Notes: a model not told the origin generated them from the sequence alone. A DNA stretch of 64,000 nucleotides from Candidatus Omnitrophota bacterium (GCA_044225175.1 JBGAJA010000002.1:728991-792990), one strand, 5' to 3'; positions 1 through 10,093 are shown, counted from the stretch's first letter. Numbers and translations are program-made.

Positions 1-181
1 AGGCGGATTAGGCTTAGGCTTGTCTATTTCCCGTGATATAGTCCATCGTCACGCAGGAAGGTTAGAAGTTAAAAGTCAACCAGGATTAGAAACGGTATTT
101 ATTATTAAATTACCAGTTTATTCAACGTCAACCTTGGAAAGAAATAATTATGATTTCATCAAAGATAGTTATAGTGGATGA
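1..181 (+). CDS. Sensor histidine kinase, C-terminal fragment (HATPase_c), partial at window start
   Basis: Frame starting at nt 2 reads GGLGLGLSISRDIVHRHAGRLEVKSQPGLETVFIIKLP...*, i.e. the G2 box and terminal strand of a kinase ATPase domain; TGA at 179-181; directly upstream of a response regulator. Confidence 0.85.
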   Translation, partial: GGLGLGLSISRDIVHRHAGRLEVKSQPGLETVFIIKLPVYSTSTLERNNYDFIKDSYSG

Positions 182-869
182 TGACCGGAGAATTATTGAC
201 AGTTTAAAAGCTGTCTTATTTGAGTATGAGTTAATTACTTTCAGTGATGGTGAATCTGCCTTGAAATATCTTTCAAAGCCTCATGAAGTCCACTTAGTTA
301 TTTTAGATGTTTGTATGAAAGGTTTAAATGGTTTGGAAGTTCTTGAACGCATTAAGAAGCTCAATAAAGATATGGCGGTTATCATGTTAACGGGTCAAGC
401 AACGCAGGATATCATTATTGAATCTTTGCGTTACCATGCGGATGATTTTTTAGAGAAACCATTTGATGTGAGTGATTTAAAAGATCGCATTAAGAACATT
501 CTTAAAAGTAGAGAACGTTACGACATTACTGTTCTTGATCGTGATGTTCAGGCAGAGCGTATACGTCAATTCATTGAACGAAATTATGCAAATGTATCAT
601 TAGAAGCAGTTGCTAGCGAGCTATGTTTAAGTCCAAAATATGTGGGCCAGTTATTTATAGGTGCCAGAGGAGAAGGTTTTCGTAAATATAAATTGAAAGT
701 CCGTATGGAGCAAGCCCAAAAACTTTTACGGAATTCTTCTCTAACAATATCTTCAATTGCTCATGAATTAGGTTATGAAAATCCAGAATCTTTCATGAGG
801 ACTTTTAAAACTTATTATCACAAAACCCCTAAGCAATACCGTCAGGAATTGAAAAAAGGAAAAACATAA
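150..869 (+). CDS. Response regulator, REC + AraC-type HTH
   Basis: IVIVDDD, ILDVCM phosphoacceptor Asp, KPF; C-terminal IAHELGYENPESFMRTFK..TPKQYR AraC signature. Confidence 0.9.
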   Translation: MISSKIVIVDDDRRIIDSLKAVLFEYELITFSDGESALKYLSKPHEVHLVILDVCMKGLNGLEVLERIKKLNKDMAVIMLTGQATQDIIIESLRYHADDFLEKPFDVSDLKDRIKNILKSRERYDITVLDRDVQAERIRQFIERNYANVSLEAVASELCLSPKYVGQLFIGARGEGFRKYKLKVRMEQAQKLLRNSSLTISSIAHELGYENPESFMRTFKTYYHKTPKQYRQELKKGKT

Positions 870-1240
870 TGTCGATAGATAAAAAGATCCTTATTATTGA
901 TGCTCATCCAGTCTATGGTCCTAAAATTCAGGCATTTTTAGAAGGGTTAACTTTTAGAAACATAGAAATTATCAATAAAGGTAGTCAAGCTTTTGAGAGA
1001 ACAAAGACTTTTTCTCCAGACTTAGTTATTTTGAGCGGTATGTTGCCTGATGCAGACAGTTTAGAAACTTTAAAAAGTATAAAAACTATACGTCCATCTC
1101 TTCCTGTTATTGTCCAAGTTGGTTTATTGGCAGAGGATGCTTTAAAGAAGAGTTTTCAAACAGCAGGAGCATGTGCCGTCTTACCACGCCTCGAAAAAGA
1201 CCTATTCCCGCTACAAAATGCAATTGAGACAAATCTTTAG
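869..1240 (+). CDS. Single-domain receiver (pseudo-receiver-like) protein
   Basis: KKILIIDAH...PDLVILSGMLPD REC pattern; phosphoacceptor position is Ser. Confidence 0.75.
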   Translation: MSIDKKILIIDAHPVYGPKIQAFLEGLTFRNIEIINKGSQAFERTKTFSPDLVILSGMLPDADSLETLKSIKTIRPSLPVIVQVGLLAEDALKKSFQTAGACAVLPRLEKDLFPLQNAIETNL

Positions 1241-1334
1241 TAATGATTGATTCAAAGAAAAAGGGTTGTTAATTTTTTAGCGTTCCAATAAGATGCATTA
1301 TTGTGCGTAAACTATTAATATCTACTTTTTTAGT

Positions 1335-2897
1335 ATGTCGGTAAAAATAATTTCAAAAATCCTGCGTGTTGTTTTTATTTTTCTTCTGGTCTACTTTTCG
1401 GCCCGTATCTTTACGTATCATTATGACCTCATTGTTTTTCCTTATGCAGATATCCTTAGGGAAGCTGCATTAATTTCTAATACCTGGGCATTGGTACACC
1501 ATTTGAATCCTTTTTCATTTGATTTACAGCCTGAATATACCAATGTGTATGGCATTGTTTATCCCATGTTTGTGGCGCCCTTTGCAAGTATTTTTGGAGT
1601 AACGCCCCTTATACATAGAGTTGTAACGGGTTTATTTCTTTGGGGATGCTGTGCAATCATATTTTTAGTTTTGCGTAAACGCAAAGTTGATTTGTTGTTA
1701 AATTTATGGTGTCAATTAATGTTATATGCTTCATTGGTTTATCCTGGAACCAGCTCTCCATGTGCGGATCCTGCTCTAACCGGATTATTTTTTATGCTGC
1801 TTACAATCTTTGTTCCTTTCTTTTTTGAATACTCTTTATTGTCACTATTTTTTGGTCTTATATTTGGGTTGCTTGCTTTTTATGCAAAACCTTATTTTCT
1901 CCTGGCATTGCCAATCTTAGCATCGTATCTTTTCTTTTTTGTTTCGAAGAAAAAAGGTCTAGGGTTTATTGTAATAGCTATCGGATCATTGCTCGCAAGT
2001 GTGATCATAATGAATCATCTTTTCCCAGCATATTTTGACAACACATTTTTTACTCATAAGAATCCCGCTAAAGAATGGGCCAGTATGGAACGTTTAACAA
2101 GTCAGCTTCATTCTTATATCACTCTTCATCTGGGGATATTCATCTTAACAGCAGGAATATTGTTCTATCGGCTATGGCAATCAAATATTGTCATGTCCTT
2201 TAAAATTTCTTCTATTTACCTTCATTTAACTAACATTTTTCAAATAAAAAAAAGAAATGAGCCCCTGTTTAGATTTTCTCTTCCAATTGAAGTATATGCG
2301 GGGATCTGTTCTTTAATGGTTTTACTTTTGATGTTAGGTAAACATTCTGGAGCGACCCTCTGGTACTTCTTTCAATTATTATCTCCATTTTTGGTAATGT
2401 GTATTGCTCAGATTGTGAGTTCTTTTGCATTTTGGTCTTGGGCTGCTATTCCATTCTTAATATTTAATTTACATGTACTGACTGCCACTCTTGATTTTCC
2501 TAAGAATCCCGAAGGCTGGTCTCATGTCAAAGAGCTTTTGGAAACTAAGAAAAATATATATGGTTCACCTTTAATTGCTACAACATTAATTGAGCAAAAT
2601 AAAACAATTTATGATAACGGATTAACTTATGTTTTTGGGTGGGGAGCAGCTCGTAAAGGTATATGGAAATATCTTTTAAAAGAAGACGAGAGAGTTTACA
2701 AAGCAATGATACTTTATGATCAAAAGCTGGGAGATAAAATTGCTAACAAAGAATTTGATTTGGTCATGATTCAAAGTTGTTCTCCGGCCGTTTGTGAGGC
2801 ACTTAACCGTTATTATCGTTTGATAGGTTTTTTCCCAATATATGCTCCCCAAGATCGTATTTCTTATTCCACAGGCGTTTGGCTTCCTAATGAGTAG
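1335..2897 (+). CDS. Polytopic membrane protein, GT-C/ArnT-like architecture
   Basis: Many hydrophobic segments, N-terminal loop with RE and YG..YP, conserved-looking KP after a TM helix; family not certain. Confidence 0.5.
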   Translation: MSVKIISKILRVVFIFLLVYFSARIFTYHYDLIVFPYADILREAALISNTWALVHHLNPFSFDLQPEYTNVYGIVYPMFVAPFASIFGVTPLIHRVVTGLFLWGCCAIIFLVLRKRKVDLLLNLWCQLMLYASLVYPGTSSPCADPALTGLFFMLLTIFVPFFFEYSLLSLFFGLIFGLLAFYAKPYFLLALPILASYLFFFVSKKKGLGFIVIAIGSLLASVIIMNHLFPAYFDNTFFTHKNPAKEWASMERLTSQLHSYITLHLGIFILTAGILFYRLWQSNIVMSFKISSIYLHLTNIFQIKKRNEPLFRFSLPIEVYAGICSLMVLLLMLGKHSGATLWYFFQLLSPFLVMCIAQIVSSFAFWSWAAIPFLIFNLHVLTATLDFPKNPEGWSHVKELLETKKNIYGSPLIATTLIEQNKTIYDNGLTYVFGWGAARKGIWKYLLKEDERVYKAMILYDQKLGDKIANKEFDLVMIQSCSPAVCEALNRYYRLIGFFPIYAPQDRISYSTGVWLPNE

Positions 2898-2906
2898 AGA
2901 GTTTTT

Positions 2907-3356
2907 ATGCGTGTCGTCATTCAAAGAGTAAAAAAAGCTCATGTTACAGTTGAATCTCAGCTGATTGGTCAAATTAATGAAGGAATGCTTATTTTTTTAG
3001 GCGTTTCTAAATCTGATACTGTTCTGCAAGCTGACTGGTTAATTAAAAAGATCACTGAACTTCGTATTTTTGAAGACAGAGAGGGGAAAATGAATCTTTC
3101 TCCCATGGAAGCAGGATCAGAGTTTTTAGTGGTGTCTCAGTTTACCCTTTATGGGAATTGTGATAAAGGAAGGCGTCCTTCTTTTGATGAAGCTGCAGAG
3201 CCTCAAAAAGCTGAAGAATTGTATAATTATTTTGTCGAAAGTTTGAAAAAACACAATGTTGTTGTAGCGACAGGTCGTTTTCGCGCTATGATGGAAGTGT
3301 TTTTAATTAATGATGGTCCTGTGACCTTAATTATAGAATCCAATGCCGATTATTGA
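2907..3356 (+). CDS. dtd: D-aminoacyl-tRNA deacylase
   Basis: MRVVIQRV, SQFTL, GRRPSF, NDGPVT motifs. Confidence 0.97.
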   Translation: MRVVIQRVKKAHVTVESQLIGQINEGMLIFLGVSKSDTVLQADWLIKKITELRIFEDREGKMNLSPMEAGSEFLVVSQFTLYGNCDKGRRPSFDEAAEPQKAEELYNYFVESLKKHNVVVATGRFRAMMEVFLINDGPVTLIIESNADY

Positions 3357-4107
3357 TACCCATGCTCATATTGACCAAATTGAGAATTGGTCTCAAGCTG
3401 TTCTAAGGGCTAAGGAAGCTCAAGTTTCAGATGTCATTGCAATGAGTGTAGATTTGGCTTCTATGAAAAAAGTCTTAGAGTTAGCCAAATCAACGATAGA
3501 AATTAAAATCCATCCAGCACTCGGCGTGCATCCGGGACTGGTGAAAGATGGAGTTCCTGCTGAAGTTTATGATTTTATTCGTTCAAATGCTCAGCAAGCA
3601 ATTGCTATAGGTGAGACTGGCTTAGATTATTGGTATAAATGGGTTCGCGATAACAAAGAAGAAAGAGCTAAACAAAAAGATTCTTTGGCTAAGCATTTTG
3701 AGATTGCTAAAGAATTTGATATGCCTATCGTGATCCATAGCAGAGGAGCGTATCGAGATTGTTTGGACATGAGTATAGAATCCGGATTAAAGAAAGTTTT
3801 GTTTCATTGGTATAGTGGTCCAGTTGATATTTTAGAGAAGATTTTGGCTGCTGGGTTTTACGTTTCAACAAGTCCAAGTGTAGGTTATTCGCCTGAAACT
3901 CAAAAGGCAATGCTGGCAGCAGATGTGAATCGAGTTTTGATTGAAACAGATTCACCGGTCAGATATAAAGAGGGTGATGGTAGTTATGTAAGTGAGCCTA
4001 AAGATGTCATTAAAACTCTTAAAGCTTTAGCAAAATTAAAAAATATGCAAGAGTCGCAACTTTTAGAAATTGTTAATCGTAATGCTAAATATTTCTTTGG
4101 GATTTAG
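3343..4107 (+). CDS. tatD: TatD family hydrolase
   Basis: IDTHAH, GVHP, IGETGLDY, HSR, FHWYSG, ETDSP. Confidence 0.93.
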   Translation: MPIIDTHAHIDQIENWSQAVLRAKEAQVSDVIAMSVDLASMKKVLELAKSTIEIKIHPALGVHPGLVKDGVPAEVYDFIRSNAQQAIAIGETGLDYWYKWVRDNKEERAKQKDSLAKHFEIAKEFDMPIVIHSRGAYRDCLDMSIESGLKKVLFHWYSGPVDILEKILAAGFYVSTSPSVGYSPETQKAMLAADVNRVLIETDSPVRYKEGDGSYVSEPKDVIKTLKALAKLKNMQESQLLEIVNRNAKYFFGI

Positions 4108-4112
4108 TCTCT

Positions 4113-6107
4113 ATGAATAAGAAAATATTGATTATTTCTGTATTAGTCACGCTTATTGCGATAGCGGGGGGGGTGCTCTTTTTAAGTCGTCCCTTATCAG
4201 TAAGTTTAGAACAGGTTTTTCCCTCTAATGCTTTGGGTTTTGTGCGCTTATCACATGTGGCATCCGACTTGGAGAGCTTTTCTCAAAATGACTTTTGGAA
4301 GTCGGTATCTACAATCGATTTGCCAAAAGTACTCGAACATAATAAAGCATCTGCAAGAGATATTGAGCAGATCAAAGTTATGCAAAATCAGTTGGATTTG
4401 CTTTTGAAGAATCCTTTGACCAAGAAATTTCTTGGCCAAGAAATGGCTGTAGGTTTTTATGAAAAAATTTCTTCTGAAGGAAAGGATAATGAAAGCTATT
4501 ATGATGCGCTTTTTGCTATTCGTTTGGGTTTCACCTTTCAGATAGCAGAATTCTTTGTTTCGATGGCACATCAATTATCTGATGATGTCACCACCACAGA
4601 AGAGAAGTATCAAGATTTCAAGATTATTCATGTCCGTTTCCCAAAACGTCATTTAGAAATTCAATATATACGAATCCAAAATGTTTTATTTGCATCATTA
4701 GCTCCATCAAACATACTACATCAAATGTTGGATGTGTATCATAAGAAGACCTCTTCATTAGCTGAGGATTCTAACTTTTCAAAATCAAATGCTTTAACAT
4801 ACGCTTCAGGACATGGAATTTTTTATATTAATTTTGAGAGATTTTATGGCTTTATAAAAAACCATGCTCCAAAGGAACAGAAAGAATATTTGAATGAAAT
4901 TTCTAAGGACATTTCTGGGTTTAAATCGTCCACACTTTCTTTTTTGCCAGGTCAGATTTCTAAACTGAAATTCATCATGCATTATGAGCCTCAGGAATTA
5001 AATGCATATTGGCGGGCAATCTTTTCATGTGCACCTCAGGGCAATCTTTCTTTAAAATTTGTCCCTCATAATGTCATGGCCTATCATTGGGGGAATTGCT
5101 ATGATTTCAACAATGTATTGGATCAAGCGAAAGACGCTTCATTATCTTCTAAGAAAGAGGAATATGGCAATTTTCTTAATAAGATTGAAAAGAAACTAAA
5201 GTTGAGTATTCATGATGAGGTATTAGCAGCATTTGATTCTCAGATGGGTTGGTATTTAGATGATATTGATACTCAAGGCGCTTTTCCTTATCCTAGAATG
5301 GTCCTTTTTTTTAAATTAAAGGATCGTTCAGCAATAGAGCGTGTCATAGAAAAATTCTCACGAAAAGCCATTGTTCCCTTCCAGCATGAAGAATATTCTC
5401 AAACTCCTATCCATTATATGTCAATCCCCTTGGGGGAAGATATCGATTTAGGTTATACTTTCTTAGGAGACTTTCTTTTACTGGGAAGTTCCAAACAACT
5501 GCTTAAAACATCCATTGATGCTTTAAATAATCAAGATCAATCTATTCAATCAACAGATTTTTTCAAGCAATTTAATTCGGATAATTCAAATTTGAATCAA
5601 GCGGTAGTTTTAATTAAAACAGATGAGGTTTCTAAGCGTCTACAGCAGTTATTGAATTGGTATAACAAAGTAGTCTCTTCTCAAATTACCGCAGCATTGA
5701 CATATCAAAGAGAAGCCAAGCAGCAACAAAAAGAGCTTGAGGAGGAAGCTATCTCTAAAAAGGAAGATTTAAATCTTGCTAGTAAGAAATTAAAAGAGCT
5801 CAAGCAAGTTATTCTTCCAGTTGAAGCTTCTTCCGAGGAGATAGCCGACCAAACAAGTAAGATTGAGCATTTGAATTCGGATGTTCAGCAATTAAAAGAG
5901 GAAATTCTTTCAAATCAAAAAGAACAACAAAAAATCAAAGATTCATTTGTTAGCTATCAAAGTCAGTCAGAAGGCGCTAAGCTATGGTTGTTTAATTCAG
6001 ATGAGGTATTTGTTCCTTTACTTAAAGGACTTGAAGGTATTCATGCCATTAGCATGCAAATTCATATGAAGGACCGTATTACGGAAACGGAGATCTTGGT
6101 CAAATGA
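4113..6107 (+). CDS. Membrane-anchored exported protein, DUF3352-like, with coiled-coil insert
   Basis: N-terminal TM; alpha/beta repeats such as GYTFLGDFLLLGSSKQLLKTSID; Q/E/K-rich coiled coil near the C-terminus. Confidence 0.5.
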   Translation: MNKKILIISVLVTLIAIAGGVLFLSRPLSVSLEQVFPSNALGFVRLSHVASDLESFSQNDFWKSVSTIDLPKVLEHNKASARDIEQIKVMQNQLDLLLKNPLTKKFLGQEMAVGFYEKISSEGKDNESYYDALFAIRLGFTFQIAEFFVSMAHQLSDDVTTTEEKYQDFKIIHVRFPKRHLEIQYIRIQNVLFASLAPSNILHQMLDVYHKKTSSLAEDSNFSKSNALTYASGHGIFYINFERFYGFIKNHAPKEQKEYLNEISKDISGFKSSTLSFLPGQISKLKFIMHYEPQELNAYWRAIFSCAPQGNLSLKFVPHNVMAYHWGNCYDFNNVLDQAKDASLSSKKEEYGNFLNKIEKKLKLSIHDEVLAAFDSQMGWYLDDIDTQGAFPYPRMVLFFKLKDRSAIERVIEKFSRKAIVPFQHEEYSQTPIHYMSIPLGEDIDLGYTFLGDFLLLGSSKQLLKTSIDALNNQDQSIQSTDFFKQFNSDNSNLNQAVVLIKTDEVSKRLQQLLNWYNKVVSSQITAALTYQREAKQQQKELEEEAISKKEDLNLASKKLKELKQVILPVEASSEEIADQTSKIEHLNSDVQQLKEEILSNQKEQQKIKDSFVSYQSQSEGAKLWLFNSDEVFVPLLKGLEGIHAISMQIHMKDRITETEILVK

Positions 6108-6283
6108 TTAACTCAAAGAAGCTCGTTCTAATTGCCTGTCTTTCGATTCTTTGCACCACACAAAGTGGATGCGCATTATTTGCTCTGCCTGGCCAGCTGA
6201 TTGGCGGTCTTTTTGGTTTTCTAGGCCAGGCGCTCAATTTTGCTTCAGGTCTTCCTATGCCGCCTCCATGGGTATTTTTCTAA
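6104..6283 (+). CDS. Small putative lipoprotein (59 aa), absent from the ORF track
   Basis: ATGA overlap with the upstream stop, GGAG upstream; MINSKKLVLIACLSILCTTQSGC|ALFALPGQLIGGLFGFLGQALNFASGLPMPPPWVFF*. Confidence 0.7.
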   Translation: MINSKKLVLIACLSILCTTQSGCALFALPGQLIGGLFGFLGQALNFASGLPMPPPWVFF

Positions 6284-6371
6284 ATCTCATTTTGCTTTCC
6301 TAATGATAAATTTCAATTGACAGTTGGGTGTATTAATTATTAACTAGTACCCAAATATTGTGCTTTTTACT

Positions 6372-7250
6372 ATGAATTTTAATATAACCCACAAACAAGT
6401 CATTGCATTGGATATCAAACGTATTGATATCCATGCCCCTCAGATTGCTTCTAAAGCTAAGCCTGGTCAATTTATTTTTATGACTGTCCAGGAAAACGCT
6501 CATTCTATTCCTTTGAGTATTATTGATGCCGATGAGCGAAAAGGAGTGATCTCTTTAATTGTGCGTGAAGTAGGGTTGGTGACAAAAGCCCTTGGAGCTC
6601 TTTCGATTGGAGAAGCTCCATTAAATATTGTTGGTCCTTTAGGAAAACCAGCAACTATTGATAAATTTGGATTAGTCGTGTGTGTAGCAACCGGAATTGG
6701 TGCTGCCCAAATTCTTCCTATATGTAAAGCTCTTAAGAAAAAGGGTAATAAGGTTATAGGTATTATGGGAGCTAAATCCAAGAAAGTGCTCATGTTAGAA
6801 TCCCAGATGCGTGTGGTTTGTGATGAAATGTATATCACAACCAATGATGGGTCGTATGAACGTAAAGGACTTGCCACAGAGGTTTTAAAAGAGCTCTTGG
6901 CAAAGTACCCAGTGGATTGTGTTTATGCAATTGGTTCTGTAGATATGATGGAAGCTGCAACTACCATGGCCAAACTAAAAGATATTCCAGTCTATGTGAC
7001 TTTAAATCCTTACATGACTAATGGATTAGGAATTTGTGGTTCCTGTCGTGTGAAAGTACAAAGAGGATTTCAATTAGCTTGTGTGGATGGCCCTGAATTT
7101 AAGGGAATAGAAGTTGATTTTAAAGACTTACATTTAAGAATGGATGCATTTAAGGAGATGGTGTGGGACAACCAAAACCAATTAGTCAAAGCTCCAAAGA
7201 AAGAGTTAGCAACGTTCGTGAAGTCTCTTTGGGGTTCAACAAAAAAATAA
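6372..7250 (+). CDS. NfnA/SudB-like FAD/NAD-binding [2Fe-2S] subunit (divergent)
   Basis: KPGQF, IPLSI, GPLG, NGLGICGSCRV...CVDGPEF. Confidence 0.85.
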   Translation: MNFNITHKQVIALDIKRIDIHAPQIASKAKPGQFIFMTVQENAHSIPLSIIDADERKGVISLIVREVGLVTKALGALSIGEAPLNIVGPLGKPATIDKFGLVVCVATGIGAAQILPICKALKKKGNKVIGIMGAKSKKVLMLESQMRVVCDEMYITTNDGSYERKGLATEVLKELLAKYPVDCVYAIGSVDMMEAATTMAKLKDIPVYVTLNPYMTNGLGICGSCRVKVQRGFQLACVDGPEFKGIEVDFKDLHLRMDAFKEMVWDNQNQLVKAPKKELATFVKSLWGSTKK

Positions 7251-8515
7251 GCGCTGATGAAGCTCGCCGATGTCCACAATGTGCACAACCCACTTGCATG
7301 ACGGGCTGTCCTTTAGGAATCGATATTCCTGGTTTCATTCGTCTATTGCGAGAATCTGATGCTGCGGCAGCTTTAGAGAGAATTAAACTCGAGAATCCTT
7401 TTCCTGCTATCTGCGGCCGAATTTGTTCGGCTCCCTGTGAATCTGCCTGTGTATTTAATGATGAAGGCTCCCCTATTGCCATTCGTGCTTTAGAACGCTA
7501 TGCCTCTGATTTTGGATCTAAACCTAGTGGAAAAACCAAAATAGTTCCTCAATTCAGCGATAAGAAAGTTGCTATTATAGGTTCTGGCCCTTCAGCCATG
7601 ATGGCTGCGAGTATTCTTCTTAAGGAAAAAATCAAGGTTGTCATGTTTGAAGCGGGTTCTGAAGCTGGCGGTATCTTACGATATGGAGTTCCCGAGTTTC
7701 GATTACCTAAAAATATTTTAGCTGAACAATTTGAACAATTATTTCTTCAAGGATTGGAACTTCACACGGATATTTTAGTAGGGCGAATCAAACCTTTACA
7801 AGAATTGATCAATGCTTTTGATGCAGTCCTGATTGCTGTAGGGGCAAGTTTGCCTAATTTTTCTACTCTTAAAGGAGAGAATTTAGCGGGGGTATACTAC
7901 GCTCAGGAGTTCTTAACTCATCTTCAGATGATTTCTAAAGAAAATATCTTATCTCCCAAGAAATTTTTTAAAGGATCAAATACGATTATTCTTGGAGCTG
8001 GGTATGCAGCGTTAGATGCAGCTCGACTAGCCATTCGTTTAGGACAACAAGTTGATTTGATGTTTGAAGGGTTAGAAGAAGAGATGGGTGTCCCCCCGGA
8101 CATGCTTAAAGAAGCTTTAGATGAGGGGGTTAAGATTCATGCTCCTTTTGAAGCGATTGACATAGAAGGAGATACACAAGGGTTGGTTCAATGCGTCAAA
8201 TCGCGTCGCTTAGAAATCTCTGAACTTAACGGTTCATTATCTTTAGTTCCATCCTCAGATGACCCCCAAGTCTTTCCGGCCCAAACAATTGTGATTGCCA
8301 ATGAGGCCCACACAAATTTATTTTTAGCCAAAGAAATCAACCAGCTCAAAATTAATGAACAGGGAAGTTTTTGGGTAGAACCAGGCACTTTTAAAACATC
8401 TTTAGAAAAAGTCTTTGCTGTGGGGAATGCTGTGAAATCTTCATCGAGGCTTATTGAGGCTTTTGCAGATGGTAAGGCTGTGGCTAGAAAGATCATTGAA
8501 AGTCTAAACTCATGA
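7163..8515 (+). CDS. NfnB/SudA/GltD-like FAD-dependent oxidoreductase (divergent)
   Basis: CPQCAQPTCMTGCP, CGRICSAPCESAC, GSGPS, GGILRYGVPEFRLPK. Confidence 0.88.
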   Translation: MGQPKPISQSSKERVSNVREVSLGFNKKISADEARRCPQCAQPTCMTGCPLGIDIPGFIRLLRESDAAAALERIKLENPFPAICGRICSAPCESACVFNDEGSPIAIRALERYASDFGSKPSGKTKIVPQFSDKKVAIIGSGPSAMMAASILLKEKIKVVMFEAGSEAGGILRYGVPEFRLPKNILAEQFEQLFLQGLELHTDILVGRIKPLQELINAFDAVLIAVGASLPNFSTLKGENLAGVYYAQEFLTHLQMISKENILSPKKFFKGSNTIILGAGYAALDAARLAIRLGQQVDLMFEGLEEEMGVPPDMLKEALDEGVKIHAPFEAIDIEGDTQGLVQCVKSRRLEISELNGSLSLVPSSDDPQVFPAQTIVIANEAHTNLFLAKEINQLKINEQGSFWVEPGTFKTSLEKVFAVGNAVKSSSRLIEAFADGKAVARKIIESLNS

Positions 8516-9318
8516 CTATCAAAGAGTTATTAAACCAGAAAAAGAAGAAGCAGAAAATTGTTGTTGTTACTGCCTATGATTATCCTATTGCTTCCATGGC
8601 AGATGAGGCAGGGGTAGATGTCATTTTAGTTGGAGATTCTCTGGCTAATGTAGTCTTGGGGCTTGATTCCACCCGGCAGGTTGGAATGACAGAAATGCTT
8701 CATCATACTAAAGCTGTTGTAAGAGCTGTTAAAAAGTCCCTTATTGTGGGTGATATGCCATATGACGCTTATCAAAAGAGCTCTAAGGATGTTGTCGCCA
8801 ATGCCAGGAAGTTTATAGATGCTGGCTGCCATGCGGTTAAATTGGAATGGTTTAAAGATGCTTTAAGTGTCACTGAGAAAATTGTCAAAGCTGGTATTCC
8901 TGTCATGGGACATGTGGGGCTAACCCCTCAGACTGCGACTCAAATGAAGGTGCAAGGACGTGATGTTGCCTCTGCTCAAGCGATTATTAAACAAGCCCAA
9001 GATCTTCAATCTAAAGGCGCTTTTAGTATTGTCTTAGAATGCATTCCTCAAGAGGTTGCCGCCAAGATTACCGCCAAGCTTAAGATTCCTACAATTGGTA
9101 TTGGTGCAGGCAAACATTGTGATGGTCAGGTTCTTGTGAGTTATGATTTATTAGGACTATTTAATCGCTATCAGCCCAAATTTTCCAAGAAATATTTAGA
9201 TTTATCTCCTTTGATTGTAAAAGCCTTCCAACAATATACCAAAGATGTGCGTCAGAAGAAGTTTCCTGATGATGCTCATTCTTTCCACATGTCTTCTGAT
9301 GAACTTAAGAAAATATGA
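8512..9318 (+). CDS. panB: 3-methyl-2-oxobutanoate hydroxymethyltransferase
   Basis: TAYD, LVGDSL, GHVGLTPQ, IGIGAG..CDGQVLV. Confidence 0.97.
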   Translation: MTIKELLNQKKKKQKIVVVTAYDYPIASMADEAGVDVILVGDSLANVVLGLDSTRQVGMTEMLHHTKAVVRAVKKSLIVGDMPYDAYQKSSKDVVANARKFIDAGCHAVKLEWFKDALSVTEKIVKAGIPVMGHVGLTPQTATQMKVQGRDVASAQAIIKQAQDLQSKGAFSIVLECIPQEVAAKITAKLKIPTIGIGAGKHCDGQVLVSYDLLGLFNRYQPKFSKKYLDLSPLIVKAFQQYTKDVRQKKFPDDAHSFHMSSDELKKI

Positions 9319-10022
9319 ATCTGATCTTATTTTCAAAAAAAGATATGACCTCTTCGAATGTCATTCATTTAACTGGAAGAAGGTTCGAACATATCAAGAA
9401 TATTCTAAAACCTAAGGTGGGTGATTTTTTATCTGTGGGGAAGTTCAATAATCTTGTTGGACAAGGTAAGGTTATTAATCTTGAAAAAGAATCAATTGAT
9501 CTAGAAGTTAAGTTAAATCAAAAGCCCCCTGCAGGTTTAGATATAATTGTTGTGATGGCTTTGCCTCGTCCACCGATGCTCAAACGCTCTTTGCAATGCC
9601 TATCTTCCCTGGGAATCAAGAAGATTATTATTCTCAATTGTCACAGAGTCGAAAAAAGTCTTTGGCAATCTTCAGCTTTGAAGAAAGAATCCATTCATGA
9701 AGACTTGATTTTGGGATTAGAGCAATCTAAAGATACGATTCTGCCAGAAGTAGTACTAGAGCCTAAGTTTAAACCTTTTGTGCAGGATCAACTTCCTAAG
9801 ATTATTAGGAATAGAAAATCTTTTGTAGCTCATCCCGGATCAAAGAAAATTCTTCCCAAAGTTGGAAAAACCCCCAGTCTTTTAGTCATAGGCCCTGAAG
9901 GGGGATTGGTAGACTTTGAAATCGACCTATTGAAAAATGCAGGCCTTATTCCCGTTCATTTAGGAACTCGTATCTTACGTTTTGAAAATGCCTTGTGTTA
10001 TGCTCTGGGGAAGATGTCTTAG
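9315..10022 (+). CDS. rsmE: 16S rRNA (uracil1498-N3)-methyltransferase
   Basis: IGPEGG and LGTRILRFENA SPOUT motifs. Confidence 0.9.
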   Translation: MNLILFSKKDMTSSNVIHLTGRRFEHIKNILKPKVGDFLSVGKFNNLVGQGKVINLEKESIDLEVKLNQKPPAGLDIIVVMALPRPPMLKRSLQCLSSLGIKKIIILNCHRVEKSLWQSSALKKESIHEDLILGLEQSKDTILPEVVLEPKFKPFVQDQLPKIIRNRKSFVAHPGSKKILPKVGKTPSLLVIGPEGGLVDFEIDLLKNAGLIPVHLGTRILRFENALCYALGKMS

Positions 10023-10035
10023 AGGGTATTGAACG

Positions 10036-10065
10036 TTGACTTAAGCTATAAGTGAGTGTTAATAT
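10036..10065 (+). promoter_or_regulatory. Putative sigma70 promoter for tRNA-Pro
   Basis: TTGACT, 18-nt spacer, TAATAT preceded by TG (extended -10). Confidence 0.45.
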
Positions 10066-10093
10066 ACCGTCCTATTTTAGATAATTTTATTAT

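Noticed and set aside
6317-6346. TTGACA upstream of the Nfn-like genes as a promoter
   Set aside because: Perfect -35 but no convincing -10 at 16-18 nt spacing; not reported as a feature.
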